Origin: an uncultured virus (IMG/VR IMGVR_UViG_3300022468_000269)
Lineage: Duplodnaviria; Heunggongvirae; Uroviricota; Caudoviricetes
Length of the DNA stretch: 26,815 nt
Virus record (IMG/VR): IMGVR_UViG_3300022468_000269
Reading direction: 5' to 3' (one strand)
The notes under the pieces are model-generated. The model made no database searches. It saw only the letters and a program-made list of their open reading frames with translations, and was not told the DNA's origin. This document shows positions 10,008 through 18,313 of the stretch, one piece after another. Numbering within the stretch: the stretch's first letter is position 1; every line of letters starts with the position of its first letter. The position numbers and the translations under genes were made by a program.

Positions 10008-11230
10008 GAGTATACCCTGAACTATTGGTTGATGAAGAGTTTGAAGCCCTCGGTGACTTGGGATTTGAAGGTCAACTGAATGATAGACAGTTTGCTTATC
10101 TACGTGATAGGGGTCTTCTAGGCTCCTTGTCTGATATGATGGGTTACTTTAATAGTACAACTAGTCTGACTTCTGAAGCACTGTTTACTGCTTACTCTGC
10201 CAAAGGGTTTGAGCTAGATGCTTACATTAGTAATCTGTTTCAGGATACTGCTCGTACCACTCCTGTAACTGCACCGGGGCAGACTGTGGCAGGTATCACT
10301 GATGTTAGTGGTCAAGGTAACCACCTGTCACAAGCTACTGCTGCCGCACGTCCTACCTACGGGATCAAACCTTTCCGTGGTAGAGTTAATATGTTGATTG
10401 GTACAGAGGCTCTAGCCACACAAGCTGCTACAACCACTGCTGTATCACATACACTATCGTTTACTGGCACAGGGACTATTACTCTTACAGGTACATCTAC
10501 TGCTGGCCCTCTGGTCGGGACAGGCGCATCTGATCGAGTGTCTCTCGTATTTACTCCTACTGCTGGTTCTCTAACTCTTACTGTTAGTGGCTCTGTTACT
10601 CTGGCTCAACTGGAGATTGGTGCACTTACTGGTTACCAACGTGTAGGTACCACTGTATACGATTGCACAGAAGAAGGACAAGCGACAGTACACTATCTAC
10701 GTTTCCAGACTAATGATTTTATGCAGACAGCTTCTCTTGACTTAACGGATCGGGATTGTGTTTGTGTGGTTGCAGGTCTGCGTAAGATGTCTGATGCGGC
10801 ATCGGGGATTATTGTAGAAATCGGCACTGATTCAGCAGTTCAGAATGGGACATTCGGCCTGTTTGGTCCGTCAGTCTCTGGCGCTAACTCATACCGTTTT
10901 CTAAGTAGAGGGACCGTCACTAAGGATGCAGGAACAGGAGTGTTTGCCGCTGCACCTGATACAGCGGTTGTTACTGGTCTTGGGGATATATCCAGCCCCT
11001 TGGTTTCACTCCGCCGTAATGGTTCTGTTGTAACATCCACAGCGACAGACCAAGGAACGGGAAACTACGCTAATGCTGTGGTTTATATTGGTGCAAGGGC
11101 AGGTACGTCGCTTTTTGCTAACATGGAACTTTCAAATCTTATTGTGATGTCCACCGCCACTTCTTTGTCAAGTACGGTAGTCTCTAGTACTGAACTATTG
11201 TCTGGTATTAAGACTGGTTTGAGACTGTAA
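10004..11230 (+). CDS. Virion fibre/appendage protein with LamG/concanavalin-like C-terminal domain
   Basis: LFQD...TPVT..GQ.V....D.SG.GNH..Q.T...RP motif common in phage fibre proteins. Thr/Gly-rich beta content, with LRRNG...YIGAR in the C-terminal part. Confidence 0.6.
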   Translation: MRVYPELLVDEEFEALGDLGFEGQLNDRQFAYLRDRGLLGSLSDMMGYFNSTTSLTSEALFTAYSAKGFELDAYISNLFQDTARTTPVTAPGQTVAGITDVSGQGNHLSQATAAARPTYGIKPFRGRVNMLIGTEALATQAATTTAVSHTLSFTGTGTITLTGTSTAGPLVGTGASDRVSLVFTPTAGSLTLTVSGSVTLAQLEIGALTGYQRVGTTVYDCTEEGQATVHYLRFQTNDFMQTASLDLTDRDCVCVVAGLRKMSDAASGIIVEIGTDSAVQNGTFGLFGPSVSGANSYRFLSRGTVTKDAGTGVFAAAPDTAVVTGLGDISSPLVSLRRNGSVVTSTATDQGTGNYANAVVYIGARAGTSLFANMELSNLIVMSTATSLSSTVVSSTELLSGIKTGLRL

Positions 11231-11232
11231 CC

Positions 11233-11391
11233 ATGCCTGATCAAGTAAAAGATGATATGATGAATAAAGCTCTGACTGGTGCAATCATTGGTCTGCTGTC
11301 TTGGAACATCTACACAACTCACAAACTCACTATTGACGTAGCTGTCTTGACAGAGAAGATCGAACAACTAGAGGATAAGATAGTAAAATGA
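11233..11391 (+). CDS. Small membrane protein (holin/antiholin candidate), 52 aa; not in the ORF track
   Basis: MPDQVKDDMMNKALTGAIIGLLSWNIYTTHKLTIDVAVLTEKIEQLEDKIVK: one hydrophobic helix plus a coiled tail. ATGA overlap with the next gene. Confidence 0.65.
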   Translation: MPDQVKDDMMNKALTGAIIGLLSWNIYTTHKLTIDVAVLTEKIEQLEDKIVK

Positions 11392-11588
11392 CTAGAGAGA
11401 AACTGATCAATCTTATCCTAGATGGATTGATGTTCATTGTCCCGTTCTTGGAACTAACAGAACTGATGGCAGTGATCCCATTAGAATGGTTGCCTTGGTA
11501 TATGCTTGCAACTGTAGTACTACGTAGACTCATCCGAGTCTTGGAAGAAAGGAAGAAAATCAATGTTTATCCTGAACTGGATTCTTAA
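11388..11588 (+). CDS. Putative holin
   Basis: 66 aa with two hydrophobic segments and a basic C-terminus, directly upstream of the spanins. Confidence 0.55.
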   Translation: MTREKLINLILDGLMFIVPFLELTELMAVIPLEWLPWYMLATVVLRRLIRVLEERKKINVYPELDS

Positions 11589-11811
11589 ATGGATTGGCCT
11601 TGCCTCGTCTCAAATGTGGCTCCTTGTGGCTGGTGCCTTTGGTGTGTTAGCGCTATACGGCAAGGGGAGACTAGACCAGAAGAAAGACCAGAAGCTAGAG
11701 ACTCTGGAGGAAGACCTAGAGACCATCAAGAGGATTCAAAATGTCAAAGTTAATACTACTAGGGATGCTGCTGTTGAGCGCCTGCGCACCAATGGCGACC
11801 TCAGGGATTAA
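11563..11811 (+). CDS. i-spanin (Rz-like)
   Basis: N-terminal TM helix, then a charged coiled-coil; the 3' end is overlapped by a lipoprotein gene. Confidence 0.7.
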   Translation: MFILNWILKWIGLASSQMWLLVAGAFGVLALYGKGRLDQKKDQKLETLEEDLETIKRIQNVKVNTTRDAAVERLRTNGDLRD

Positions 11812-11923
11812 TCTCTGTAACCAACTACCGTCTGTATCTCAGAAGGACACTGACGAGACCATCATTCAGGTGGATAACTTCAACGCTAAATACCGGGCAG
11901 CTTACTGCCAGAAAGGTCTCTAA
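11741..11923 (+). CDS. o-spanin (Rz1-like lipoprotein)
   Basis: Signal peptide with lipobox LLLSA-C, two further Cys, and an overlap with the i-spanin in another frame. Confidence 0.75.
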   Translation: MSKLILLGMLLLSACAPMATSGINLCNQLPSVSQKDTDETIIQVDNFNAKYRAAYCQKGL

Positions 11924-12108
11924 TGTTTATGGCTGTTGCCTTGATCTGTACTGCTTGGGATATCAAGGCTTGTAATATCCGTCCTCATGCTCAATCATTC
12001 ATCACTGAAGAGGCTTGTGTAGTCTTCATCAATGAGAGTGTAGGAGAGCTAACTCCTATGGGTACAGTGCTCATTGCTACCTGCTTCAAGGTAGGGGAGG
12101 GTGCCTAA
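11923..12108 (+). CDS. Hypothetical small Cys-containing protein
   Basis: 61 aa, TAATG-coupled on both sides, hydrophobic N-terminus, 4 Cys. Confidence 0.65.
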   Translation: MFMAVALICTAWDIKACNIRPHAQSFITEEACVVFINESVGELTPMGTVLIATCFKVGEGA

Positions 12109-12368
12109 TGCCTAGCTCTAAGAACTACAAGAGAGACTACAAGCAGGAAGGCAAGTACCAAGCCACTGAGGAGCAGAAGAAGAAACGTGCTTCACGTAAT
12201 GCTGCTCGTAGGGAAGCTATCAAAGATGGTAAGGTACGTAAGGGTGACGGTAAAGACATAGACCATAAGAATGGGAATGCTAGAGATAACTCTAAAGGTA
12301 ACCTCAGGGTCCAGTCAGCATCAGCCAACAGGTCATTCCCTAGAAACAAGAAAGCAGGAAAGAAGTAA
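12108..12368 (+). CDS. Small basic HNH-family protein
   Basis: DIDHKNGNARDNSKGNLRV...ANRS beta-beta-alpha motif; GGGGAGG RBS. Confidence 0.75.
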   Translation: MPSSKNYKRDYKQEGKYQATEEQKKKRASRNAARREAIKDGKVRKGDGKDIDHKNGNARDNSKGNLRVQSASANRSFPRNKKAGKK

Positions 12369-13543
12369 TGGCTTTAAAGACAACTACTCGTACTACACGA
12401 TGGACTATCGACGGTATCAGCTTTGTAAGTACTGTGTCAGCTACTTATGATAAAGAGACTGTAGGTACGGTAGAGCCTACTCCTACACCTGTACCTGAGC
12501 CTACCCCAGTGCCCACTACAGGTACAGTGTATTTGGTTGACCCTATTGGTGGGTCTGGTAACTACAAGGATGTATGGGCTGCTGTAGCCGCTGGTGCTAA
12601 GGGTGGAGACACTATCCTGCTTAGGGATGGCTCACATGGTCACCTAGAGATTAAAGGCACACAGATGGCCTTTGATAAGGACTTGGTTATCCGTGCACAG
12701 AACCCTTATAAGGCTCATGTGACTAGCATCATGTGTTCCTATGGGGCTAAGAACATCAGCTTTGAAGACTTGGATATTTACTACACTGCTGCTACTAAGC
12801 CTGAAGCTCTGGCTTATGTACAGGCATCTGCTAGTCATATTAGCTTCCGTAGGAATCGCTTTAGGTCTATCCCAGACGTATCTGGTTTCTTGTCATGGTC
12901 TGCTACTGAGTGGCTTTCCAAGTCTGCGGCAGGTATTGTTAACATTGGTTCAGTTGGTGGAGTTACTGAAGGTAATCATCTTAATGTTGTTAGCTTTGGT
13001 ATCAACGTCCCTGAAGGTGGTGTAGCCCGTAACAACATCATTGAGAACTTCTGTGGTGATGCTCTACGTGGTGCATCTAAGTCTCTCCTAGAAGGTAATA
13101 CCATTCGTGGTGCATTCCAAGTAGACGGTAACCATGCAGATGGTATCCAAGCTTTTGCTGGTCCTACTGGGGTACTGTCTGATCTTGTTATCCGTGGTAA
13201 CACTATCAATAACTGGCATCATTCTAACCTATCTCATCCTCTTCGTGCTAACCTACAGGGTATCGGTCTGTATGATGGCTGGTACGATAACCTGATCATT
13301 GATAACAACAATGTTACTGTACATCATTGGCATGGTATCTCTGTGTATGGTGGGCGTAACTCCAAGATCACTAACAACGTTGTGACAAAGCTTCCAATAG
13401 CGTCAGATATAAAACCTTGGATTGCTTTCTTTGACCATAAGACTGGAGGGGTTGGTTCTAACAACGTAATGACAGACAACACAGCACCTCAGTTTACCTA
13501 TAGGTCTGGTGTAATTCTTGATACAGGAAACATAGTAAAATGA
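12368..13543 (+). CDS. Right-handed parallel beta-helix protein A (pectate-lyase-like, putative depolymerase)
   Basis: GDTILLRDGSHG entry motif, repeated I.GN.I/NN.V rungs, NHADGIQ motif, N-terminal PT/PE linker. Confidence 0.8.
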   Translation: MALKTTTRTTRWTIDGISFVSTVSATYDKETVGTVEPTPTPVPEPTPVPTTGTVYLVDPIGGSGNYKDVWAAVAAGAKGGDTILLRDGSHGHLEIKGTQMAFDKDLVIRAQNPYKAHVTSIMCSYGAKNISFEDLDIYYTAATKPEALAYVQASASHISFRRNRFRSIPDVSGFLSWSATEWLSKSAAGIVNIGSVGGVTEGNHLNVVSFGINVPEGGVARNNIIENFCGDALRGASKSLLEGNTIRGAFQVDGNHADGIQAFAGPTGVLSDLVIRGNTINNWHHSNLSHPLRANLQGIGLYDGWYDNLIIDNNNVTVHHWHGISVYGGRNSKITNNVVTKLPIASDIKPWIAFFDHKTGGVGSNNVMTDNTAPQFTYRSGVILDTGNIVK

Positions 13544-15594
13544 GTAAAGCTCCTACACTATCTGATCTTAACAACCTTAGCAATCCTAGTATTATTACTA
13601 CGGTTAATACTAACAACGATAAGATAGAACTTGCTTTCCAGAATACCCTGTCTCTGGATGGTTCAACACCTAATGCTATGGGTGCTGATCTTGACATGGA
13701 CGGTAATGACATTACTAACGTTACTACACTAGCAGCAGACGAAGTAACTCTTAACGGGGTTAGTATTGCAGCTACAGTAGCTACAGCAGTAGCCGCAGCA
13801 GAAACTGCTACTGCTGATACTTTTGCTAACGTGTCTTCTTTGTTGGCTGATACTTCTGATAGAACAGTCGGCACTATCCTTAGGACTAGGGAAGAAGGGT
13901 TTGCTTATGAGGTTGCTGCGTTAGCAGCATCAGACCATGATGTAACAACAGCAGGTGGTGTCAAGCTATACGTACAGCCTGTGTCAGGTCAGCTTCCATT
14001 ACTTGCATTTGGAGACCCCGGTGACGGAACATCAGACTTTTCTGATGCTGTACAAAAGGCTTTAGATGCTGCGGCAACTCGTGGCATCATGGAAATTGTA
14101 GCCCCTGCTGGGCGGTATGGTATCGGAACAGCAATTGCATGGCCGCAATTAGCGTCTGTCCGCATTGTCGGGGTAGGGTATAAACTCCTACCTATTATTG
14201 GTACGTTAACTGAGAAACGGGGTGGCACTTGGTTCCGACGCATTGCTGATGTGGCAATTTTTGATATGACTGGTGTTAGTAGCTTATCAGGTGGGCCTCT
14301 AACACACAGGCCAAACCTATACGGTTTGTTGCTTGATGGGGCAGGGCTTACAGAACCACTAATTAAGGCGCATTCGTGTACTGAATTGGTTGTTGACAAC
14401 TGTGGCTTTATCGGGGTGGATGGTGTCGGCATAGACGCCTTGGAGCTATTCGATAGCAGATTCACTAACTGCCGATTTACAGAAATGGGTAAGGCTGATG
14501 GTACTGCTTGTATAGCCCTGCGTTCTGGCTTCGATAGTCGAGAGTCCTCTAACCAGATTCATTTTACTGGGTGCGTTTGGGAGAGCTTTCCGGGCAGCGC
14601 CATATCTGCGAGAAAGTTTGATTCCGGCTCCATTGATGTAAACGAGATTTATTTTACGAACTGCAAAATGGAAACTGCAACCGGGGCAACGCCAATCCTT
14701 GATTTGCAGGATGTGTCAGGGATACACTTTGGGCTGTTACAACTAGCTTTGGCGGGTGACGTATCCGACACCATAGCCTCTCTTGTGTCTTTTACAGATT
14801 CGTCGGACATTTCTGGAACATTGCACGTCGAACTTTTCCGATCCACCGGGGCTACAGTTACCAATCATGTAGTTCTAACCAACTGTGCAAACGTTGCCTT
14901 GCAGGTTTTTGATTATGGGGAACGCGATGTTGCATCGGGCATTTCGTGTTCGTCAAGCGTTGTGAACCCGTCAATCCAGTATGATTATGTCGGCTTGCTG
15001 AAGACGACAGTCGGAACAAGTTTCTCGCCTTTCATAAATTCCCGAGGTCGCGGAAGATTGCAGGGTAAATCGGCGTCCCCGGCGTTGTTGCTGGACCGCA
15101 GCGATATAGCCGACGAACTGTGGGATTTGGCTGCGATTAGCGCAGATGGTGCCGGTTCCCGCTGGGAAATTACCCACAACGGAACACCCGTTCTCCGTAT
15201 TAACGATGACAATACGATAACAAACCTCTTTGCGATGGTGTTGGGGGCATCGGTCAATGTCAACAATAACAGGCTGGCAAATATTTCCGCAATGAGTCGA
15301 AATGCTTGGGCTATAATCACAAGCATTGCAGGCGGTGTTCTGGCTTGCGCGAATGACGACTATATTGTTTTGAACGCCAGCGGCGGAGGTAGTGTTGCCG
15401 ATATAACATCAAGTTTGTCGGGCATTCCTACCGTGACAATCAGAAATATTGACGCGTCAGCGGTTACGTTTGTCCACAACACATCGAAGCTTCGTTGCAT
15501 GGGCGCGGTGGATAAGGTCATCAACCAGCATGAAGCAATCCAATTCGCCTTGGTTAGCGGGGCAATTTGGCAGCAGATTGGCGGCAAAGTATGA
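13540..15594 (+). CDS. Tail spike/fibre with pectate-lyase-3-like beta-helix
   Basis: Podoviral N-terminal anchor (NNDKIELAFQNTLSLDGSTPNAMGADLDM), a TTAGGVKLYV neck domain, then the AFG..GDG.SD.S.A.QKAL beta-helix entry. Confidence 0.85.
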   Translation: MSKAPTLSDLNNLSNPSIITTVNTNNDKIELAFQNTLSLDGSTPNAMGADLDMDGNDITNVTTLAADEVTLNGVSIAATVATAVAAAETATADTFANVSSLLADTSDRTVGTILRTREEGFAYEVAALAASDHDVTTAGGVKLYVQPVSGQLPLLAFGDPGDGTSDFSDAVQKALDAAATRGIMEIVAPAGRYGIGTAIAWPQLASVRIVGVGYKLLPIIGTLTEKRGGTWFRRIADVAIFDMTGVSSLSGGPLTHRPNLYGLLLDGAGLTEPLIKAHSCTELVVDNCGFIGVDGVGIDALELFDSRFTNCRFTEMGKADGTACIALRSGFDSRESSNQIHFTGCVWESFPGSAISARKFDSGSIDVNEIYFTNCKMETATGATPILDLQDVSGIHFGLLQLALAGDVSDTIASLVSFTDSSDISGTLHVELFRSTGATVTNHVVLTNCANVALQVFDYGERDVASGISCSSSVVNPSIQYDYVGLLKTTVGTSFSPFINSRGRGRLQGKSASPALLLDRSDIADELWDLAAISADGAGSRWEITHNGTPVLRINDDNTITNLFAMVLGASVNVNNNRLANISAMSRNAWAIITSIAGGVLACANDDYIVLNASGGGSVADITSSLSGIPTVTIRNIDASAVTFVHNTSKLRCMGAVDKVINQHEAIQFALVSGAIWQQIGGKV

Positions 15595-16811
15595 AACCCG
15601 TATATGAAAGCAACGGCCAGCCGGTCGGTGACGGCGACCGCATCACTCGCGTGGAGGATGACGGGAAATCGTTTTCCGTCATGGTGGACGCCAAGACGCG
15701 GCGCTTTGCGAAGATCAAGTTTGTGGATGAGGTGGTGTCGGAAATTCCGACGCCATCGCCGGAACCCACCCCCATCCCACCGGCATCCCCGAACACCGGC
15801 ACGGCCTATGTCGCACCGGGCGGGCCAGCGGGTGACGGCACATTCGCCAAGCCGTTCCCCAGCATCGACGCGGCGATTGGCGCAGGTGTGAAAGGTGGCA
15901 ATACCATCCTACTGACAGACGGAAACCACGGGGCGCTGAACATCAAATCGCAGGCGTGGGCGTTTTCTTCGGAACTGAATATCTGCGCGCAGAACCCCTA
16001 CAAGGCCACCATCACCGGGGCGGATTTCAGCTATGGCGCAAAGAACGTCGCGCTGGAAGATATGGTGGTAATCGGTGGGCTGCGTGTCGCGCCGGACGCC
16101 AGCCACATCAAGCTGCGCCACAACCGCATTCAATCTTATGCCGATGTGTCGGACTTGCTGACATGGACGGCGGAACAGTGGAAGGCCCGCACAAGCACCG
16201 GGATTCAAGCACAAGCGCCGTTCTGCGAAGTGTCGGGCAATGAATTGAACTGCGTGTCATTCGGGATTGTGGTTGGCACCGATTGCGTGATGCAGGGCAA
16301 CCGCGTGACGAATGCCTGCGGTGATGCGTTGCGGGCTTTTGACAGATCGGTCGTCGAAGGAAATTATGTCGGCAGTTGCTTTCAGGTGGACGGCAACCAC
16401 GCGGACGGGTTCCAATCCTTCCCCGTCGATGGCCGCTCGTCCGTAACGGGCTTGGTGCTGCGGAACAACACAATCGAGGAATGGACACACACGGAACGCG
16501 AACACCCCCTGCGCGCCAACCTGCAAGGGCTGGGGCTGTTTGACGGCTGGTTTGACGGGCTGGTGATTGAGGGCAACCGGGTGCTGGTTTCCCATTGGCA
16601 CGGCATCACCGTTGCGGGGACGCGGGACGCGCTGATCAACGGGAACACCGTCACCCGGCTTGCATGGTCCAAGGGCCAGACGCCCTGGATTATGATTGCG
16701 CCGCACAAGAACGGCCAAGCCAGCCAGCGCGTGACGCTGACGAACAACACCGCCCCGCAATACAACGGGAAATCCGGCGTTGTTACCGACACCGGAAACA
16801 AAATCGCATGA
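15591..16811 (+). CDS. Right-handed parallel beta-helix protein B, homologue of 12368..13543
   Basis: Start at the ATGA overlap with the spike stop. Shares AQNPYKA, SYGAKN, CGDALR, FQVDGNHADG, HPLRANLQG, HWHGI and NTAPQ with protein A. Confidence 0.85.
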   Translation: MKPVYESNGQPVGDGDRITRVEDDGKSFSVMVDAKTRRFAKIKFVDEVVSEIPTPSPEPTPIPPASPNTGTAYVAPGGPAGDGTFAKPFPSIDAAIGAGVKGGNTILLTDGNHGALNIKSQAWAFSSELNICAQNPYKATITGADFSYGAKNVALEDMVVIGGLRVAPDASHIKLRHNRIQSYADVSDLLTWTAEQWKARTSTGIQAQAPFCEVSGNELNCVSFGIVVGTDCVMQGNRVTNACGDALRAFDRSVVEGNYVGSCFQVDGNHADGFQSFPVDGRSSVTGLVLRNNTIEEWTHTEREHPLRANLQGLGLFDGWFDGLVIEGNRVLVSHWHGITVAGTRDALINGNTVTRLAWSKGQTPWIMIAPHKNGQASQRVTLTNNTAPQYNGKSGVVTDTGNKIA

Positions 16812-17098
16812 CCCAGATTCAGGAGCCGCAGATGGGCGACATTCACATGACCACCGACGAATTGGAGGCCATGCTTGAGCGTGTTGCCCAAAAAGCCGCA
16901 CAGGCGGCGTTGAAGGAAATCGGCCTGCACGGCGAAAGCGCGGTGGATGACATGCGGGAAATCCGTTCCCTGCTCCGTTCATTCCGGGACGCGCGAACGG
17001 TGATTTCCAGCACGGTTTGGCGGATGGTGACAACGGGGATTGTCCTGTTCATCTGCGGCGCGGTGTGGCTGGCGTTTAAGGGCGAGGTGAACAAATGA
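16808..17098 (+). CDS. DUF6127-like small membrane protein
   Basis: ELEAMLER.A...A..AL..IGL....A..D.RE.RSLL pattern with a C-terminal TM helix. ATGA coupling on both sides; immediately upstream of the lysozyme. Confidence 0.7.
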   Translation: MTQIQEPQMGDIHMTTDELEAMLERVAQKAAQAALKEIGLHGESAVDDMREIRSLLRSFRDARTVISSTVWRMVTTGIVLFICGAVWLAFKGEVNK

Positions 17099-17625
17099 CG
17101 GTGAACAAAGCCACGCTTGATCTAATCAAGGAATTCGAGGGCTTCCGGCATAAAGCCTACAAAGACCCGGTCGGCATCGTCACGATTGGGTATGGCACCA
17201 CGGCAAACGCGGGCGTTGGCATCGTTCCCAAGTTGGGCATGGAAATCACCGAAACGGACGCGGTGGAATACCTGCACCGGGCGCTGGACAAGTTCGCACG
17301 GCAGATTGATCCGCTGATCAAGCACCCCATCAACGACAACGAACGCGGCGCGTTTCTCAGCCTTGCCTACAACATCGGGCCCGGCGCTTTCGCCCGCTCT
17401 ACAGCCCTGCGCGAATTCAACGCGGGGAACAAGGCCAAGGCGGCAGATGCAATCCTGCTGTTCGACAAGGCGGGCGGCAAGGCGCTGCGCGGGCTGCAAC
17501 GGCGACGGGCGGCGGAACGCAAGCTATTCCTGACGCCGGTAACATCAAAGCCCGCACCGAAACCCGCGCCAAACTGGCTGGCCCTGCTGGTGGCGTTCAT
17601 CGTGAAGCTGTTCGGCGGGAAGTGA
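17095..17625 (+). CDS. Endolysin, GH24 phage lysozyme with C-terminal amphipathic tail
   Basis: EFEGFRHKAYKDPVGIVTIGYGTT (E-8-D-5-T triad), AFLSLAYNIG, GLQRRRAAE. Confidence 0.93.
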   Translation: MTVNKATLDLIKEFEGFRHKAYKDPVGIVTIGYGTTANAGVGIVPKLGMEITETDAVEYLHRALDKFARQIDPLIKHPINDNERGAFLSLAYNIGPGAFARSTALREFNAGNKAKAADAILLFDKAGGKALRGLQRRRAAERKLFLTPVTSKPAPKPAPNWLALLVAFIVKLFGGK

Positions 17626-17709
17626 ACGCGGGCCGGACCTGATCCCGGCTTCACCTGCTTTGGCTACCGACTTGCGCCGCCTTTCCGTTGCGAACAACGC
17701 CGCGTTCGC
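17622..17709 (-). ncRNA. Candidate cloverleaf structured small RNA (antisense to the late operon)
   Basis: Closing stem GAACGCGG/CCGCGTTC encloses three hairpins, with UUCG and GCAA loops on the minus strand. It begins 5-6 nt after a -10 box. Confidence 0.55.
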
Positions 17710-17714
17710 CGCGC

Positions 17715-17743
17715 ACAATACCACAAACCCACATTCAAAGGAA
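17715..17743 (-). promoter_or_regulatory. Putative sigma70-type promoter with extended -10
   Basis: Minus strand TTCCTT-17 nt-TATTGT with TG-n before the -10. Same layout as 18650..18678. Confidence 0.55.
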
Positions 17744-17749
17744 TCCCCC

Positions 17750-17926
17750 ATGTTTGCCCCGATAAGTCGGATCATCCTGCGGTATGCAGTCGGCGCTGTC
17801 GTCGGCTTGGAAATGGGCGAGGCGCTTGCCGGCGACCCCGACCTTGTGCTGGTGCTTGCGGCCCTGATCGGCGCGGCCACTGAGGTGGCATATGCCTATG
17901 CCAAGCGCCACGGGCTGACGACATGA
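17750..17926 (+). CDS. Putative holin, 58 aa
   Basis: AAGGA RBS. MFAPISRIILRYAVGAVVGL...LVLVLAALIGAATE has two hydrophobic segments; lies between endolysin and spanins. Confidence 0.6.
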   Translation: MFAPISRIILRYAVGAVVGLEMGEALAGDPDLVLVLAALIGAATEVAYAYAKRHGLTT

Positions 17927-18180
17927 TCGGCGTCATCTGGGCGATGGTTCCCGGCCCGATCCGCCGCGCGCTGGCGTGGCTGCTGGCGGCAGGCGTGGCT
18001 GCGGCTGCGGTGTTCTTTGCGGGCAAGCGGGAAGCGCGGAAAGAGTCTGCGCTGGATGCGGCTGAACGCATTGCCAAGGCGGAAATCAAACGCGGAAGGA
18101 TAGACGATGAAATTCAACAGGACGTTGATTTGGTTGCTCGCGCCCGTGCTGCTGGCGTCGTGCGCGACGGTTCCGAGTGA
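17923..18180 (+). CDS. i-spanin (Rz-like)
   Basis: N-terminal TM helix plus charged helix; overlapped by a lipoprotein ORF. Confidence 0.72.
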   Translation: MIGVIWAMVPGPIRRALAWLLAAGVAAAAVFFAGKREARKESALDAAERIAKAEIKRGRIDDEIQQDVDLVARARAAGVVRDGSE

Positions 18181-18313
18181 TGGGTGCGCGGGCTGGCGCA
18201 AGATCACGGGCAAGGGTGCTTCGGTGGACTGGCTGGCTCAGAACGATCCGCAAATGCTGGCGGGCGTGATAGCACACGCGGAATTCGGCAAGGCGCAGAA
18301 GTGCTGGAAGTGA
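18107..18313 (+). CDS. o-spanin (Rz1-like lipoprotein)
   Basis: Lipobox VLLAS-C and two further Cys, the same Cys layout as 11741..11923. Confidence 0.78.
   Translation: MKFNRTLIWLLAPVLLASCATVPSDGCAGWRKITGKGASVDWLAQNDPQMLAGVIAHAEFGKAQKCWK

Larger units (their letters stand above)
1..15594 (+). mobile_element. Late (virion/lysis) arm of a lytic podovirus, SIO1/cobavirus-like architecture
   Basis: Co-directional genes tightly coupled by TAATG/ATGA overlaps, in the order tail tube, GNAT-like, internal virion proteins, endolysin, spanins, tail spike. Strong T-ending codon bias up to ~14,000. Family assignment is inferred from gene order and protein resemblance. Confidence 0.75.

Noticed and set aside
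12470..12520. PTPVPEPTP-coding repeats as a DNA repeat element or diversity-generating target
   Set aside because: A simple Pro-Thr linker; no reverse transcriptase and no template/variable repeat pair seen.
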